From contig CAVWPA010000003.1 in the NCBI GenBank assembly GCA_963756875.1, forward strand, positions 1,720,365 through 1,784,364: a DNA stretch of 64,000 bases, in the 5' to 3' direction. Position numbers and translations under genes: made by a program. The stretch comes from an uncultured Verrucomicrobiae bacterium (GTDB lineage Bacteria > Verrucomicrobiota > Verrucomicrobiia > Chthoniobacterales > UBA10450). Position 1 is the first letter of the stretch. The number at the start of each line of letters is the position of its first letter. Below are positions 20,317 through 30,686 of this stretch, piece after piece. Under the pieces are notes generated by a model that was given only the letters and a program-made list of their open reading frames with translations, did no database searches and was not told where the DNA came from.

Positions 20317-22893
20317 GTGAGCGATAACTCGCGAATTCGTGCAGTCGCGAAATTTTTTTTCGAAGGCGAGCGAAAATTCTTTGTCAAAGGCGTCACCTAC
20401 GGCCCGTTCAAGCCGGATGCGGAAGGAAATTATCTTGGTCGTCCGGAGCAGGTTGATACCGATCTCGCGCTCATGCGTGAGATCGGGCTGAACGTGATCC
20501 GCGTTTATCACGCGCCGCCGCGCTGGTTTCTCGACCGTTGCGCGGCGGCCGGTCTTCGAGTGCTCATCACGCTGCCGTGGGCCAAGCACGTTGAGTTTTT
20601 GCGTCAGAGAAAAGCGCGCGATGAAATCTCACGATCTGTCCGTAACGCGGTCAAGGCCTGCGCCGGGCATCCCGCCGTCTTCGGTTACCTGGTTGGAAAT
20701 GAAATTTCCAGCACGATGGTGCGCTGGCTCGGCGTGCGCCGCGTCACCGAGTTTGTTGAGCATTTGATTCGAATTGGCCGGGCGCTCGACCCGAACGTTC
20801 TCTTTTCCTACGCGACATATCCGCCGACCGAATATCTCCTGCCGCAAAATGTCGATTTCTTCTGCTTCAATGTTTATCTCCACAATCAGCGCGACTTCGA
20901 AAGATACCTGCTCCGCCTGCAAAACTTGACCGAAGACAAGCCGCTCATTCTCGGCGAATTCGGCATGGACACGATCCGTCATTCGCAGGACGAGCAGGCC
21001 GAGATGCTCCGCTGGCACATTGACAGCGTGGTGAAATGCGGGCTGGCCGGGACCGTTTTCTTTTCCTGGACGGACGAATGGTTTACCGGCGAGCAGGAAA
21101 TCACGGATTGGGCGTTTGGGATCGTCACGCGCGACCGGCAGCCGAAGAAAGCGTTCCACATGCTGCGGGAAAGGCTTGGTCTGGAGAATTCGATTCTGCC
21201 GCGTCGTGCTCTTGCAAAGACGCCGTCTGTTTCGGTGATCGTTTGTTCCTATAACGGCGGAAAGACGCTCGCCGCGTGCCTCGATTCGTTAGGTCGCCTC
21301 AACTATCCGGATTACGAAGTCATCCTGGTCGATGATGGATCGACTGACGATACGGCTTATATAGCCGCTCAATTTTCGCAGGTCCGCTATATTCATCAAA
21401 CCAATCACGGTTTGAGCCATGCCCGGAACACCGGCGCGGCCGCTGCGAAAGGCGAGGTGCTCGTTTACACCGACTCCGACTGCATGGCGGACGTCGATTG
21501 GCTTTATTATATGATTGGCACGCTGACGAGCGGTGACTACGCCGGGGTGGGGGGGCCCAATATCACGCCGCCGGCACAGAATTGGATCCAGGCTTGCGTG
21601 GCGGCCGCGCCCGGCGGACCGAGCCACGTCCTGCTGACGGACACGGTCGCTGAGCACATCCCCGGTTGTAACATGGCGTTCTACAAATGGGCGTTCGACA
21701 ATGTGGGAGGATTCGATCCCGAATACCGCAAAGCCGGCGACGATGTCGATTTTTGCTGGCGGCTTCAACAAGCCGGTCACGTGATTGCCTTCAGTCCGAC
21801 CGCGGTGGTCTGGCACCATCGGCGTTTCACTTTACGCGCCTTCTTCAAGCAACAGGACGGGTACGGCGAGGCGGAATCGCTTCTCCGCTTCAAGCATCTC
21901 ATTTTCTTCGGTCCCACCGGCACGGCAAAATGGCGCGGCCAGATTTACGGCGCGCCGCGCTTCAGCTGGTTTCTTAACCGCCCGATCGTGTACCACGGAG
22001 TTTTCGGTGAAGGCTTTTTCCAATCGATGTATCCGACACCGCAATCCGACATCGCGGCGTATCTGGGCAGCATCGAATGGTTCGCGCTGACCGTCTTTCT
22101 TTTCGGACTTGGCATTTTTCTGCCCTCGTTACGGATTGTGCCTTACGTGATGCTGGGCGGCACCCTCTGCGTCGCTCTTTCTTATATGGTACGGGCCCGT
22201 ATCGAGCCAAAGTTCGATACGGTTGCCGCGCGTCTGGTAGTCATGTTCCTGGCGGTTGTGCAACCGCTGGTGCGCGGCTTTTCGCGCTATTTCACCTGGC
22301 TGCACTTTAAGCGCACGCCGCGAAACGTGATCAAGGCGCACGAGAAGCTTCCAGCTGTCGCACGTTTTTCCGGAGGCTTGCGCCGCCGGGTTTTCTGGAG
22401 CGAAGAAGGCCGGGACCGGCATCATCTGCTCGGCGCGATTTTTCAACTGCTGGAGGAAGAGGGCTGGCGTTACTCCACCGATTCCGGCTGGAATGAGTGG
22501 GACATCCAAATCTATGGAAATTTCTGGTGGAGTGTTGTTCTGCAAACCGTGACCGAATACCACGGAGGTCCAAAATGTCTGACGCGCGTCAAGCTCCGCT
22601 CGCGTCTGGTCACCACAACGGTGATTTTCAATCTCATCGCCTTAAGCTTTTTCATTTATAGGCAGGTGAACCTGTCCCACATCGATCTTTGGTTCATTGT
22701 TCCTTATTCGTTGTTTCTCCTTTTTCTCACCAATCGCGCTCGCACCCTGAAATCGCGCGTCGCGGAGCTGGTTGACCTGGCTGCTTATCGTGCCGGTTTG
22801 CAGCGGGTCGCGCGCCGGGGCCGGATTGCGAAGCGCGAATCAGGCCCGGAGATTGAAGTTCCCATGAGCGTTGATCCCGCGGCGCGCATCTGA
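20317..22893 (+). CDS. Fusion of a clan GH-A TIM-barrel glycoside hydrolase domain, a GT2 glycosyltransferase and a membrane domain
   Basis: VGNE and LGEFG catalytic motifs; VSVIVCSYN, DDGSTD, YTDSD, GCNMAF, GDDVD; C-terminal TM helices. Confidence 0.85.
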   Translation: MSDNSRIRAVAKFFFEGERKFFVKGVTYGPFKPDAEGNYLGRPEQVDTDLALMREIGLNVIRVYHAPPRWFLDRCAAAGLRVLITLPWAKHVEFLRQRKARDEISRSVRNAVKACAGHPAVFGYLVGNEISSTMVRWLGVRRVTEFVEHLIRIGRALDPNVLFSYATYPPTEYLLPQNVDFFCFNVYLHNQRDFERYLLRLQNLTEDKPLILGEFGMDTIRHSQDEQAEMLRWHIDSVVKCGLAGTVFFSWTDEWFTGEQEITDWAFGIVTRDRQPKKAFHMLRERLGLENSILPRRALAKTPSVSVIVCSYNGGKTLAACLDSLGRLNYPDYEVILVDDGSTDDTAYIAAQFSQVRYIHQTNHGLSHARNTGAAAAKGEVLVYTDSDCMADVDWLYYMIGTLTSGDYAGVGGPNITPPAQNWIQACVAAAPGGPSHVLLTDTVAEHIPGCNMAFYKWAFDNVGGFDPEYRKAGDDVDFCWRLQQAGHVIAFSPTAVVWHHRRFTLRAFFKQQDGYGEAESLLRFKHLIFFGPTGTAKWRGQIYGAPRFSWFLNRPIVYHGVFGEGFFQSMYPTPQSDIAAYLGSIEWFALTVFLFGLGIFLPSLRIVPYVMLGGTLCVALSYMVRARIEPKFDTVAARLVVMFLAVVQPLVRGFSRYFTWLHFKRTPRNVIKAHEKLPAVARFSGGLRRRVFWSEEGRDRHHLLGAIFQLLEEEGWRYSTDSGWNEWDIQIYGNFWWSVVLQTVTEYHGGPKCLTRVKLRSRLVTTTVIFNLIALSFFIYRQVNLSHIDLWFIVPYSLFLLFLTNRARTLKSRVAELVDLAAYRAGLQRVARRGRIAKRESGPEIEVPMSVDPAARI

Positions 22894-22910
22894 AAAACGC
22901 ACTGAATCAA

Positions 22911-24266
22911 ATGCGCCGCCGTTCGTGGCTGCTATTCTCGTTTGCTGTTGCCGGCGAAATCGTCTTTTTCGCGGCGCTGAATCTTTTCGACGATTGGACG
23001 CTTGAATCGATGCCGATAAAGTTCGTCGGAGCATCTTTTCTTGCCGGTATCGCCTACCTGATAGCGGTTTCGCATTTTCCGCCAAAGGGGGGATTCGGTT
23101 CGGCGCAGAGGGTCCACCCGGGCGCGCGCAAGCACGCGATCATTTTCTGGGCGGTTGCGGTAACGCTGCGTCTGATCGCGCTGCCGCTTGCGCCTGGTGA
23201 TGATTTGTGGCGCTACGAATGGGAGGGGAAAATCCAACAGGCCGGTTTTAATCCGTACGTTATTGCGCCGGACGATCCGAAACTCGACGGCCTTCGGCGC
23301 AGCTTTCCCGAGTCGTCCAAAATTAATCACCCCGAATTTCGTGCGATTTATCCGCCCGGCGCCGAACTGCTGTTCCGCTTCTTCAGTGAAATTTCAAACC
23401 GGCCGCTTTTTTACAAGCTGGTGGTCGCCATCGCCGACCTGGCAACGGCCTTTTTGCTTTTACGATTGATCGGCGGCGAGGAACGGTACAAGACCGCAGT
23501 TTGGTACGCTTGGAACCCGCTTGTTGCCTACAGTTTCGCGGGCGCAACGCATTTCGACAGTTTGATGATTCTGCCGCTGGTTGGCGGAATTCTCTGCCTG
23601 GTTCGTTCCGAGACTCGAAGCGAACCTGGCCGAAAATGGGCTTGGGCGCTTTGGGCCGCGGTTCTTTTTGGAATTGCCATCTCGATCAAGCTTGTTCCTG
23701 CTTTGCTTCTTCTGCTTTGCGTGTTCGCGTTACGCTGGCGTGCAATCGTTCTCATCCTGAGCGGCGCCATTCCGGCAGCACTCAGTCTGCCGTACGGGTT
23801 TCCGAAAATTCGAATCTGGGAGTCGTTCGGCCAATTCGCCTACGTCGCTCGCCTGAACGACCTCTTTTGGTGGCTGATCGAGGACACCGTCTGGCCAAAT
23901 CCGCATCAGAAAAATTATCATTACAATGTGATCCTGATCCTGTGCGTGATCGCTGTTTCGCTCATCTTCAGTCGTAACTGGAAACGCGGAATGCTTTGGG
24001 TCCTGGGCGTCGCGCTGGTGCTCAGTCCGGTTTTACATGCCTGGTATTGTACCTGGATCGTGCCGATTGCGGCCTGGCGGCGCGCCCATGCCTGGCACGT
24101 TCTTTCGGTGACAATCTTCGCCTACTATCTTTTCTGGGACCCGCGTCTTTTCATGTTGCCGTGGCACAGCGAACCGTGGATGCGCGCGCTGATCATTGCG
24201 CCCGTGCTGGCGGCCTTGGTCATGCTGTTAAGTGCGCAAAAAACTAAGCAACAGTCTGTTGTTTAG
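22911..24266 (+). CDS. GT-C (GT87-like) membrane glycosyltransferase
   Basis: DDLWRYEWEG, IYPP, YAWNPL, HFD, PVLHAWY; polytopic. Confidence 0.8.
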   Translation: MRRRSWLLFSFAVAGEIVFFAALNLFDDWTLESMPIKFVGASFLAGIAYLIAVSHFPPKGGFGSAQRVHPGARKHAIIFWAVAVTLRLIALPLAPGDDLWRYEWEGKIQQAGFNPYVIAPDDPKLDGLRRSFPESSKINHPEFRAIYPPGAELLFRFFSEISNRPLFYKLVVAIADLATAFLLLRLIGGEERYKTAVWYAWNPLVAYSFAGATHFDSLMILPLVGGILCLVRSETRSEPGRKWAWALWAAVLFGIAISIKLVPALLLLLCVFALRWRAIVLILSGAIPAALSLPYGFPKIRIWESFGQFAYVARLNDLFWWLIEDTVWPNPHQKNYHYNVILILCVIAVSLIFSRNWKRGMLWVLGVALVLSPVLHAWYCTWIVPIAAWRRAHAWHVLSVTIFAYYLFWDPRLFMLPWHSEPWMRALIIAPVLAALVMLLSAQKTKQQSVV

Positions 24267-24365
24267 TAATTTACGTTATTAGCATTTGGCTGCCTTGGTC
24301 TGCAAAGCGCGACCCGCAGATTACAAGTCACGCGCGCGTTGCGTCCCCCAGAGGGCGACAGCCAC

Positions 24366-24437
24366 AACTGTAGTGGCAGGCGGTGCCGCCTGCATTTCTT
24401 TCTATTTAGAGCAGCCGATACGGCCGCCTCTACAGTT
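24366..24437. repeat. GTAG-family REP doublet
   Basis: AACTGTAGTGGC ... GCCTCTACAGTT between convergent genes. Confidence 0.8.
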
Positions 24438-24449
24438 CATCCTTTTAAC

Positions 24450-25406
24450 TTAAGGATTTGAAATTCCGGTCGCTCGCAGCGCCTCAACGAAATCTTCAGG
24501 CGGCCCGGCTTCGAAACTCCTCCACTCCCCGGTCCGAGGATGCCTGAAGCCAAGCCTCCATGCATGCAGCATCTGCCGCAGAAATTGTCCCCCCGATTTT
24601 CGCCCATAAATTCTGTCGCCGAGAACCGGATGCCCAAGATGATGCAGATGAACTCGAATTTGATGGGTACGCCCGCTATGTAGCCGGCACTCGACAAGGC
24701 TTGCCGTTTGGCTCGATCGCAAAACCGAATATTCCGTTTTGGCGGTGCGCCCCCTGGCGGATACCACACTCATCCGTTGCCGATGAACAGGATGGCGCCC
24801 GATCTTCTCTTCAATAATACCGGTTGTCCTGCGCAACCTTCCCGCGACCACGGCGAGATAGATTTTCTCAACGGTCCGCGCGGCAAACTGGGCCGACAGA
24901 TCACGATGGGCTTCATCGTTCTTTGCGACCACGAGGCAGCCGCTGGTTTCCTTGTCCAGACGATGGACGATACCGGGGCGTTCCTTCCCGCCGATTCCAG
25001 ACAATGTTGTGCAGTGATGGAGCAGGGCATTGACGAGTGTGTGCTCGCTGTGGCCCGCGCCCGGATGGACAACCATACCGGCCGGCTTGTTGATTACGAT
25101 GAGGTCCCGGTCCTCAAAAAGGACATCGAGCGGAATGGCCTCCGGCTGATTCTCGATTTTTTCCAACGGCGGTTCCGCAAGCTCAATCCGGTCCTCTTTC
25201 CGGACGAGATCGCTCGGCCGGGCCGCCTCTCCATTCAGTCTGACGGAACCGTTGCGGATTAACTGCTGGAGGCGTGAGCGCGAATATTCGGGTAGTTGGC
25301 TTGCCAGGAAACGGTCGAGCCGAAGGCGCGCGGCTGGTCCCTCGACGACCAACCGGATGGTCGCCGGGTTGGCGTTTTCCCCTGACGATTCAGTGCTGCG
25401 TTTCAT
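24450..25406 (-). CDS. rluD: RluA-family 23S rRNA pseudouridine synthase
   Basis: S4 domain RLDRFL, NKPAGMVVHP, GIVHRLDKETSG, GRTHQIRVH; ATG at 25406. Confidence 0.9.
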   Translation of the reverse strand: MKRSTESSGENANPATIRLVVEGPAARLRLDRFLASQLPEYSRSRLQQLIRNGSVRLNGEAARPSDLVRKEDRIELAEPPLEKIENQPEAIPLDVLFEDRDLIVINKPAGMVVHPGAGHSEHTLVNALLHHCTTLSGIGGKERPGIVHRLDKETSGCLVVAKNDEAHRDLSAQFAARTVEKIYLAVVAGRLRRTTGIIEEKIGRHPVHRQRMSVVSARGRTAKTEYSVLRSSQTASLVECRLHSGRTHQIRVHLHHLGHPVLGDRIYGRKSGGQFLRQMLHAWRLGFRHPRTGEWRSFEAGPPEDFVEALRATGISNP

Positions 25407-25433
25407 TGCCCCCGGAATTGTCGATGATACAAT
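25406..25433 (+). promoter_or_regulatory. Putative sigma70 promoter of the kinase gene (near-leaderless transcript)
   Basis: TTGCCC-N16-TACAAT with an extended TG, 8 nt before ATG 25442. Confidence 0.4.
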
Positions 25434-25441
25434 CGCAGGGA

Positions 25442-27640
25442 ATGGCTGCTGAAAAGGTCGCCTCGATCTCGCAAAAGTGTTCCGCCTGCGGTGCGTCGAT
25501 TGACACCACCGACGCGGAACCGCTTGCACGCATCGTCTGTCCGAAGTGCGGCGAGAAAGTGCGGGTCGAACGATCGTTCAACAACTTTGTGTTGCTCGAA
25601 ACACTCGGTATCGGCGGGATGGGCACCGTTTACAAGGCTCGCGACACGCTGCTTGATCGACTGGTTGCGTTGAAGTTGCTGCGAAAAGATCTCGGCACTG
25701 AAATCGATCCCGCGTCCCGTTTGCAACAGGAAGCTCGCGTAGCGGCATCGGTCAATCATCCCAACGTCATCCAGGTCTTTTCTTCCGGGACGGATCACGG
25801 CCAGTTTTATCTGGTAATGGAACTGGTCGATCACGGAAGTCTGGACGATTTCATTGAAGAGCGAAAGCGTTTGCCGGAAGAGCAGGTGCTCGAAGCCGGC
25901 ATCCAGGTTGCCAAAGGATTGCGCGCTGCGTACGCCAAGGGACTGATTCATCGCGATGTAAAACCGGCAAACATTCTTTTTGCCGACGAGCATACCGCAA
26001 AAATCGGCGACTTCGGGTTGGCCGGTGTGGCGGCGGAAAAAGCGGAAACGCGCGGCGAGATCTGGGGCACGCCTTACTATGTCGCGCCGGAGCGATTAAA
26101 AAACGAGCCCGAAGATTTCCGCAGCGATATTTACAGTCTTGGCGCAACGCTCTTTCACGCTATTGCGGGCAAGGCGCCGATCGAAGGTGAAACGAATTCC
26201 GCGGCAGCCTTGCGCGATTTGAAAAACAAACCGCTCGATCTTCGCCAAATCACACCAGACGTCTCCGCGGGGACGGCGCGCGTGCTTAACCGGATGATCG
26301 CTCCCGATCCCGCGATGCGCTTCGCTTCCTACGACGATCTCGTTACGGAGCTGGAACGCGCGCAGCGTCTCCTGTCCGGAAAAGAAGACGTAGATGTTGT
26401 CCGGGCCCGGCAGAAACGATGGCAACTATTTGCCATTGGGGCGGTATTGTTAATGGCTCTTGCGATCGGCGGTTTCTTCTTCTTACACAAAACGCGCGAG
26501 TCACAATCCGCCTCGCCCGCTTCCGCCTCGACGCCAATGATTCCGACCAGTGAGCTTGAGCGGCAATTCCACGATGCACGCCATCAGCTTGTGGCCGGCA
26601 GGCATAAAGTAGCGCACGCCGCTTTCGCGCGCATCGCGCTGGACGCGCAGGGGCGCCAGCCGCTCTATGACTGGCTGCTCTTGAATGAAGGTCTGGCTGC
26701 GCTGATAGGGCGCGAGCAAATTCAGGCACGGCAGGCGTTTCAGGACGTGGAAAACGCAGGGCAGACGGGATTCGCCAAAAAGGATCTCGATCTGGAGAAG
26801 TTTTTTATCGCCACAGCCAGGAGGGTGGCGGCGTCCGGTGTCGTTCCCGCGACCGAAGTAGAGCGCGGCGACGACTTTAAAAGCTTTGCTCTGCTGCTTT
26901 TCGCGATCAAGGACATCTCCCAGTCGGACATTAACGATGCGACTTCATTGCTCGATCAATTCGTCAATACCCAGCCACAGGGAAACTTTGCGTGGATCGC
27001 TGACTACAAACCACTCGCCAAAAAATATTTGAACGATTGCCGCGTTTACACCGCCTGGAAGAACGGACCGAAGGAGGCCAATTCGGCGGAAGCTTTGGCA
27101 AAGTTAAAGGCGATCCGAAAACAGCTTAAAGCGCACAGCGCCATTTCCGATGCGATAAGCGCCGAAGAGAAAGCGTTGGCCCGAGGCGCGACCCAGCAAC
27201 AGAAAGCAGAAAGCGCCGCTCTTGAAAAAAAGCGGAAAAAGGAAGTGGAAGAAGCGCCGCGGAAAAAAGCGCAATGGCTGACCGAGTGGAAAAGGAAACT
27301 GATCGACGATCTCAATCGCAGGCATTTCGCCGGCCCGATCGTCGATGTGAACGGCGCGAAGTACACCGGCATCGCCGGCGCAACTCCGGAGAAACTGGTT
27401 TTAAAGACTCCGTACGGGACCGCGGAGCTGCCCTGGAACAAATTATCTCCGCGAACTTTGCTCGCGGTTTCCATCTCGTTTATCCAGCCGAACGCGTCCG
27501 ACGCGGCCGACCGGCAATGGCTGTGCGCTATTTTCGCGAATGAAAGCGGCCAGCGTGAAGAAGCGCGAAAGTTGGCAGAGGAAGCCGCAAAAGGGAAACC
27601 GGAATATCAGGAGCAAATTCCGCTCGTTTTCCCACACTGA
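25442..27640 (+). CDS. Hanks-type Ser/Thr protein kinase with an N-terminal zinc ribbon and one TM helix
   Basis: CSAC...CPKC, LGIGGMGTVY, VALK, HRDVKPANIL, DFGLA, GTPYYVAPE. Confidence 0.92.
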   Translation: MAAEKVASISQKCSACGASIDTTDAEPLARIVCPKCGEKVRVERSFNNFVLLETLGIGGMGTVYKARDTLLDRLVALKLLRKDLGTEIDPASRLQQEARVAASVNHPNVIQVFSSGTDHGQFYLVMELVDHGSLDDFIEERKRLPEEQVLEAGIQVAKGLRAAYAKGLIHRDVKPANILFADEHTAKIGDFGLAGVAAEKAETRGEIWGTPYYVAPERLKNEPEDFRSDIYSLGATLFHAIAGKAPIEGETNSAAALRDLKNKPLDLRQITPDVSAGTARVLNRMIAPDPAMRFASYDDLVTELERAQRLLSGKEDVDVVRARQKRWQLFAIGAVLLMALAIGGFFFLHKTRESQSASPASASTPMIPTSELERQFHDARHQLVAGRHKVAHAAFARIALDAQGRQPLYDWLLLNEGLAALIGREQIQARQAFQDVENAGQTGFAKKDLDLEKFFIATARRVAASGVVPATEVERGDDFKSFALLLFAIKDISQSDINDATSLLDQFVNTQPQGNFAWIADYKPLAKKYLNDCRVYTAWKNGPKEANSAEALAKLKAIRKQLKAHSAISDAISAEEKALARGATQQQKAESAALEKKRKKEVEEAPRKKAQWLTEWKRKLIDDLNRRHFAGPIVDVNGAKYTGIAGATPEKLVLKTPYGTAELPWNKLSPRTLLAVSISFIQPNASDAADRQWLCAIFANESGQREEARKLAEEAAKGKPEYQEQIPLVFPH

Positions 27641-27829
27641 GCAGGATCGAGTGCTTCCCGGAGCTAGCGGTTCGTTTGAACGGCTTTCGCGTGGCGATTG
27701 TCGATGTTTGGGTTACTCTCTCTATGAGAGCAGCAAGTCAACCTTCGACACTCGCCTCTGTTTACACGCCTTTCGTCGATGCTAACTTTAGCGACGACGT
27801 TTAAACGCCACCATATGTAACAGGAAGCC

Positions 27830-29425
27830 ATGGAGCAAAACCCGCCGCCATTTCCGTCACCGGAAGAGTTAAAGTCCAAGATCACGGAGTTCATGAAACA
27901 GAACTTCGGCGATCGCGTGTCGGTCGCGACATTTCCGCAACCGGAGACCGAAGAGGCGCAGACCGAGGAGTCGCCGGAAAAGAGCGACGGCCTGGAGTTC
28001 GAATTCAATTTTCTGCCGCGCGACATTAAGACGCATCTGGACCGGTTCGTAATCAAACAGGATGAAGCGAAAAAGGTCCTCTCGATCGCCGTTTGCGATC
28101 ATTATAACCACGCAAAATTCCTGCACCGGCTGGAGAAGGAAGATCCGCATCGGGCCGAGACGACTGAGTACGCGAAACAAAATGTGATTTTGGTCGGACC
28201 GACCGGCGTCGGAAAAACGTATCTGATCAAACATATCGCCGATTTGATCAAGGTCCCGTTTGTGAAAGCGGATGCGACCAAGTTTAGTGAGACAGGATAT
28301 GTGGGGGGCGACGTGGAAGATCTGGTGCGGGAACTTATCGGCAAAGCCGATGGCGACCTGAATCGCGCTCAATTTGGGATCATTTACATTGATGAGATCG
28401 ATAAGATCGCTTCCGCGGGAAACATGATTGGACGCGATGTGAGCGGCCGCGGCGTGCAAACTACGCTGCTTAAGCTTATGGAAGAAACCGAAGTGCCGGT
28501 GCGCAGCATGAACGATCTCCAGGCGCAGTTGCAGGCTGCGTTCGAATTTCAGAGGCGCGGCGGCAAGGCGAAACGGGAAACGATCAATACCCGCCATATT
28601 CTCTTCGTGGTAAGCGGCGCCTTTGAGAAATTAAAAGAGCAGGTCGCGCGACGCGTCCGGCAGGGACAGATCGGGTTCAGTGCTTCTCCGGTGCAGGTGA
28701 TGGACAACCAATTGTTCCAGTACGTGACCACGCAGGATTTTGTCGAATACGGTTTCGAGCCGGAATTCATCGGCCGTCTGCCGGTGCGCGTGGTTTGCGA
28801 AGACCTTGATGCCGCCGATCTCTTCGAGATCATGAAATGTTCCGAAGGCAGTCTGCTGCGCCAATACGAGCGCGCTTTTCAGGCGTACGGGATCGGGATT
28901 AGCTTTGATGATGAGGCTTTGCGTTTGCTTGCCGAGGCGGCGGCGAAAGAGAAGACCGGCGCGAGGGGATTGCTGACAGTATTTGAAAAGTTGTTCCGCG
29001 ATTATAAGTATTACCTGGCCGGATCGGGGTTGAGCCAGTTGCGCGTGACGGCGGAGCTGGTTCGGGAACCAAGGCGAGTGCTTGACCGGCTCATGGCCGA
29101 AGGGCACAAGCAGGAGAGACAGACCCTGGAAGCAGGGGCTCGCCAGTTCGCGGAGAGATTTAAGAACCAGTATGGCATCGAACTTGTTTTTAGTGAGGCG
29201 GCTTTGCACCGTTTGATCGAGCGAGCTCACACAGAGCGAATGACCATGGAGGAACTTTGCGCCCATCTATTCAAGGATTACCAATTTGGACTGACCCTGA
29301 TTCGAAAAAACAATGGGCGGACCCAATTCGTTCTGGATGCGGCGGCGGTGGATGCGCCGGACAAGTTCCTGAGCGAAATGGTGGTGCAATCCTACTACCC
29401 GGGTGCATCGCAGCAGAAGACGTAG
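27830..29425 (+). CDS. ClpX-like AAA+ ATPase lacking the zinc-binding domain, with an extended C-terminus
   Basis: [44 protein letters not shown] loop, [14 protein letters not shown]. Confidence 0.88.
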   Translation: MEQNPPPFPSPEELKSKITEFMKQNFGDRVSVATFPQPETEEAQTEESPEKSDGLEFEFNFLPRDIKTHLDRFVIKQDEAKKVLSIAVCDHYNHAKFLHRLEKEDPHRAETTEYAKQNVILVGPTGVGKTYLIKHIADLIKVPFVKADATKFSETGYVGGDVEDLVRELIGKADGDLNRAQFGIIYIDEIDKIASAGNMIGRDVSGRGVQTTLLKLMEETEVPVRSMNDLQAQLQAAFEFQRRGGKAKRETINTRHILFVVSGAFEKLKEQVARRVRQGQIGFSASPVQVMDNQLFQYVTTQDFVEYGFEPEFIGRLPVRVVCEDLDAADLFEIMKCSEGSLLRQYERAFQAYGIGISFDDEALRLLAEAAAKEKTGARGLLTVFEKLFRDYKYYLAGSGLSQLRVTAELVREPRRVLDRLMAEGHKQERQTLEAGARQFAERFKNQYGIELVFSEAALHRLIERAHTERMTMEELCAHLFKDYQFGLTLIRKNNGRTQFVLDAAAVDAPDKFLSEMVVQSYYPGASQQKT

Positions 29426-29432
29426 CTAACTG

Positions 29433-30686
29433 ATGAAACGGTCGCTGATCGAAGTTCTGGTAATTGCGTTTCTGGTGGCCGCAGTCATCGCAGCGCTCCA
29501 TGCCAGCGGGCGTTTCCAGCATTTGGAAATGGCGGCCGCCCAATTCATTTCGTCCTACGGATCGGCGACGAGGGTGGTCGCGAATAAATGGCAATATCTG
29601 TTCATCGTCATTGCCGCGCTTGGTATCACGTGGTTGACATTGACCAGTTTGCGACGCGGCCGCATCGGGTTGCTGGCAGTAGTGTTGATAGCGGAATTGG
29701 TCGGCGTCGCCTGGATTTGCTCGCTTTACCGGATTTTCTTTCAACCGGTACCGACGATTTGCGTCCTCGCTCTCGGTTACGTCGTGACAAACGGTTATGG
29801 AACCGTCATGGAGCGGACCCGTTCGCGCACCGCGAGAGCATTCTTTAGCGACCGCCTGTCGAAAGAGCAGGTTCACCGTGTGATCGCCGGGGACATCCCA
29901 TTTGAGCCGGAAGCGAAGACTTACCAGGTCACGGTCGTGGTCTGTGACGTCGCCAACAAATACGATCTGGCCGAAGAATGTGCGCCCGACATATTTGCGC
30001 AGGTAACCGAGAGATTTATTGGTCGCGCGACCGAGCTTTTCCTGGAAGCCGGGGCTTATATTCAGGCTGCCGATGGCGAAGGCGTCGTCGCTCTTTTCGG
30101 GTTCCCCGATCCGGATGCGCACCATGGCGACAAGTCCGTCCGAGTCGCGCTCGACTTGCTCAACCAGTTTCGCGATTTCCGCCAAAATAACGGCGAAATC
30201 TCGAGCAAGTGTGATGTGCACCTCGGTATCAGTTCCGGGACGATGATTGTCGCTCCGTTTCGGGACGGCGAACGCCCCGGCCTCCTGACCAGCGGCGAGC
30301 CGGTCGAACTGGCACGACGCTTCTGTGTGGCGAACCGTTTCTACGGGTCGCGTATCCTGATTGGTCCCCGCACGTTCGAGCTGGCGAGCCGGTATATCGT
30401 TGCCCGCCCGATCGATTTTCTTAGTGGAGTTAATTCGCGCGAGCGCCATGAAATTTATGAGCCCCTCTGGCTTGCCTCGGAAGCCAAGCCGGAACAGTTG
30501 GCCCGGCGCGATTCGTTTTGGAACGGAGTCGTGTTCTATCGTGAGAAACGTTGGGCGGAAGCATACTTCGAATTTCAAAAGGCGCACGACCCTGCCGAGG
30601 AGCAGGAGGACGCGCCGCTTCAGCTCTATCTGCGCCGGCTGGAGCCGCTGGCGTTGCATCTGACGACTGAATCGCAGGAGGCATAA
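29433..30686 (+). CDS. Membrane-bound class III nucleotide cyclase-like protein with a degenerate active site
   Basis: VTVVVCD, DGEGVVALFGFP, HLGISSG, GEPVELARR, YGSRILIG. Confidence 0.75.
   Translation: MKRSLIEVLVIAFLVAAVIAALHASGRFQHLEMAAAQFISSYGSATRVVANKWQYLFIVIAALGITWLTLTSLRRGRIGLLAVVLIAELVGVAWICSLYRIFFQPVPTICVLALGYVVTNGYGTVMERTRSRTARAFFSDRLSKEQVHRVIAGDIPFEPEAKTYQVTVVVCDVANKYDLAEECAPDIFAQVTERFIGRATELFLEAGAYIQAADGEGVVALFGFPDPDAHHGDKSVRVALDLLNQFRDFRQNNGEISSKCDVHLGISSGTMIVAPFRDGERPGLLTSGEPVELARRFCVANRFYGSRILIGPRTFELASRYIVARPIDFLSGVNSRERHEIYEPLWLASEAKPEQLARRDSFWNGVVFYREKRWAEAYFEFQKAHDPAEEQEDAPLQLYLRRLEPLALHLTTESQEA

Noticed and set aside
23078..23093. Small hairpin insertion in the GT87-like gene (TCCGCCAAAGGGGGA)
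   Set aside because: Too short and imperfect to separate from chance without ortholog alignment.
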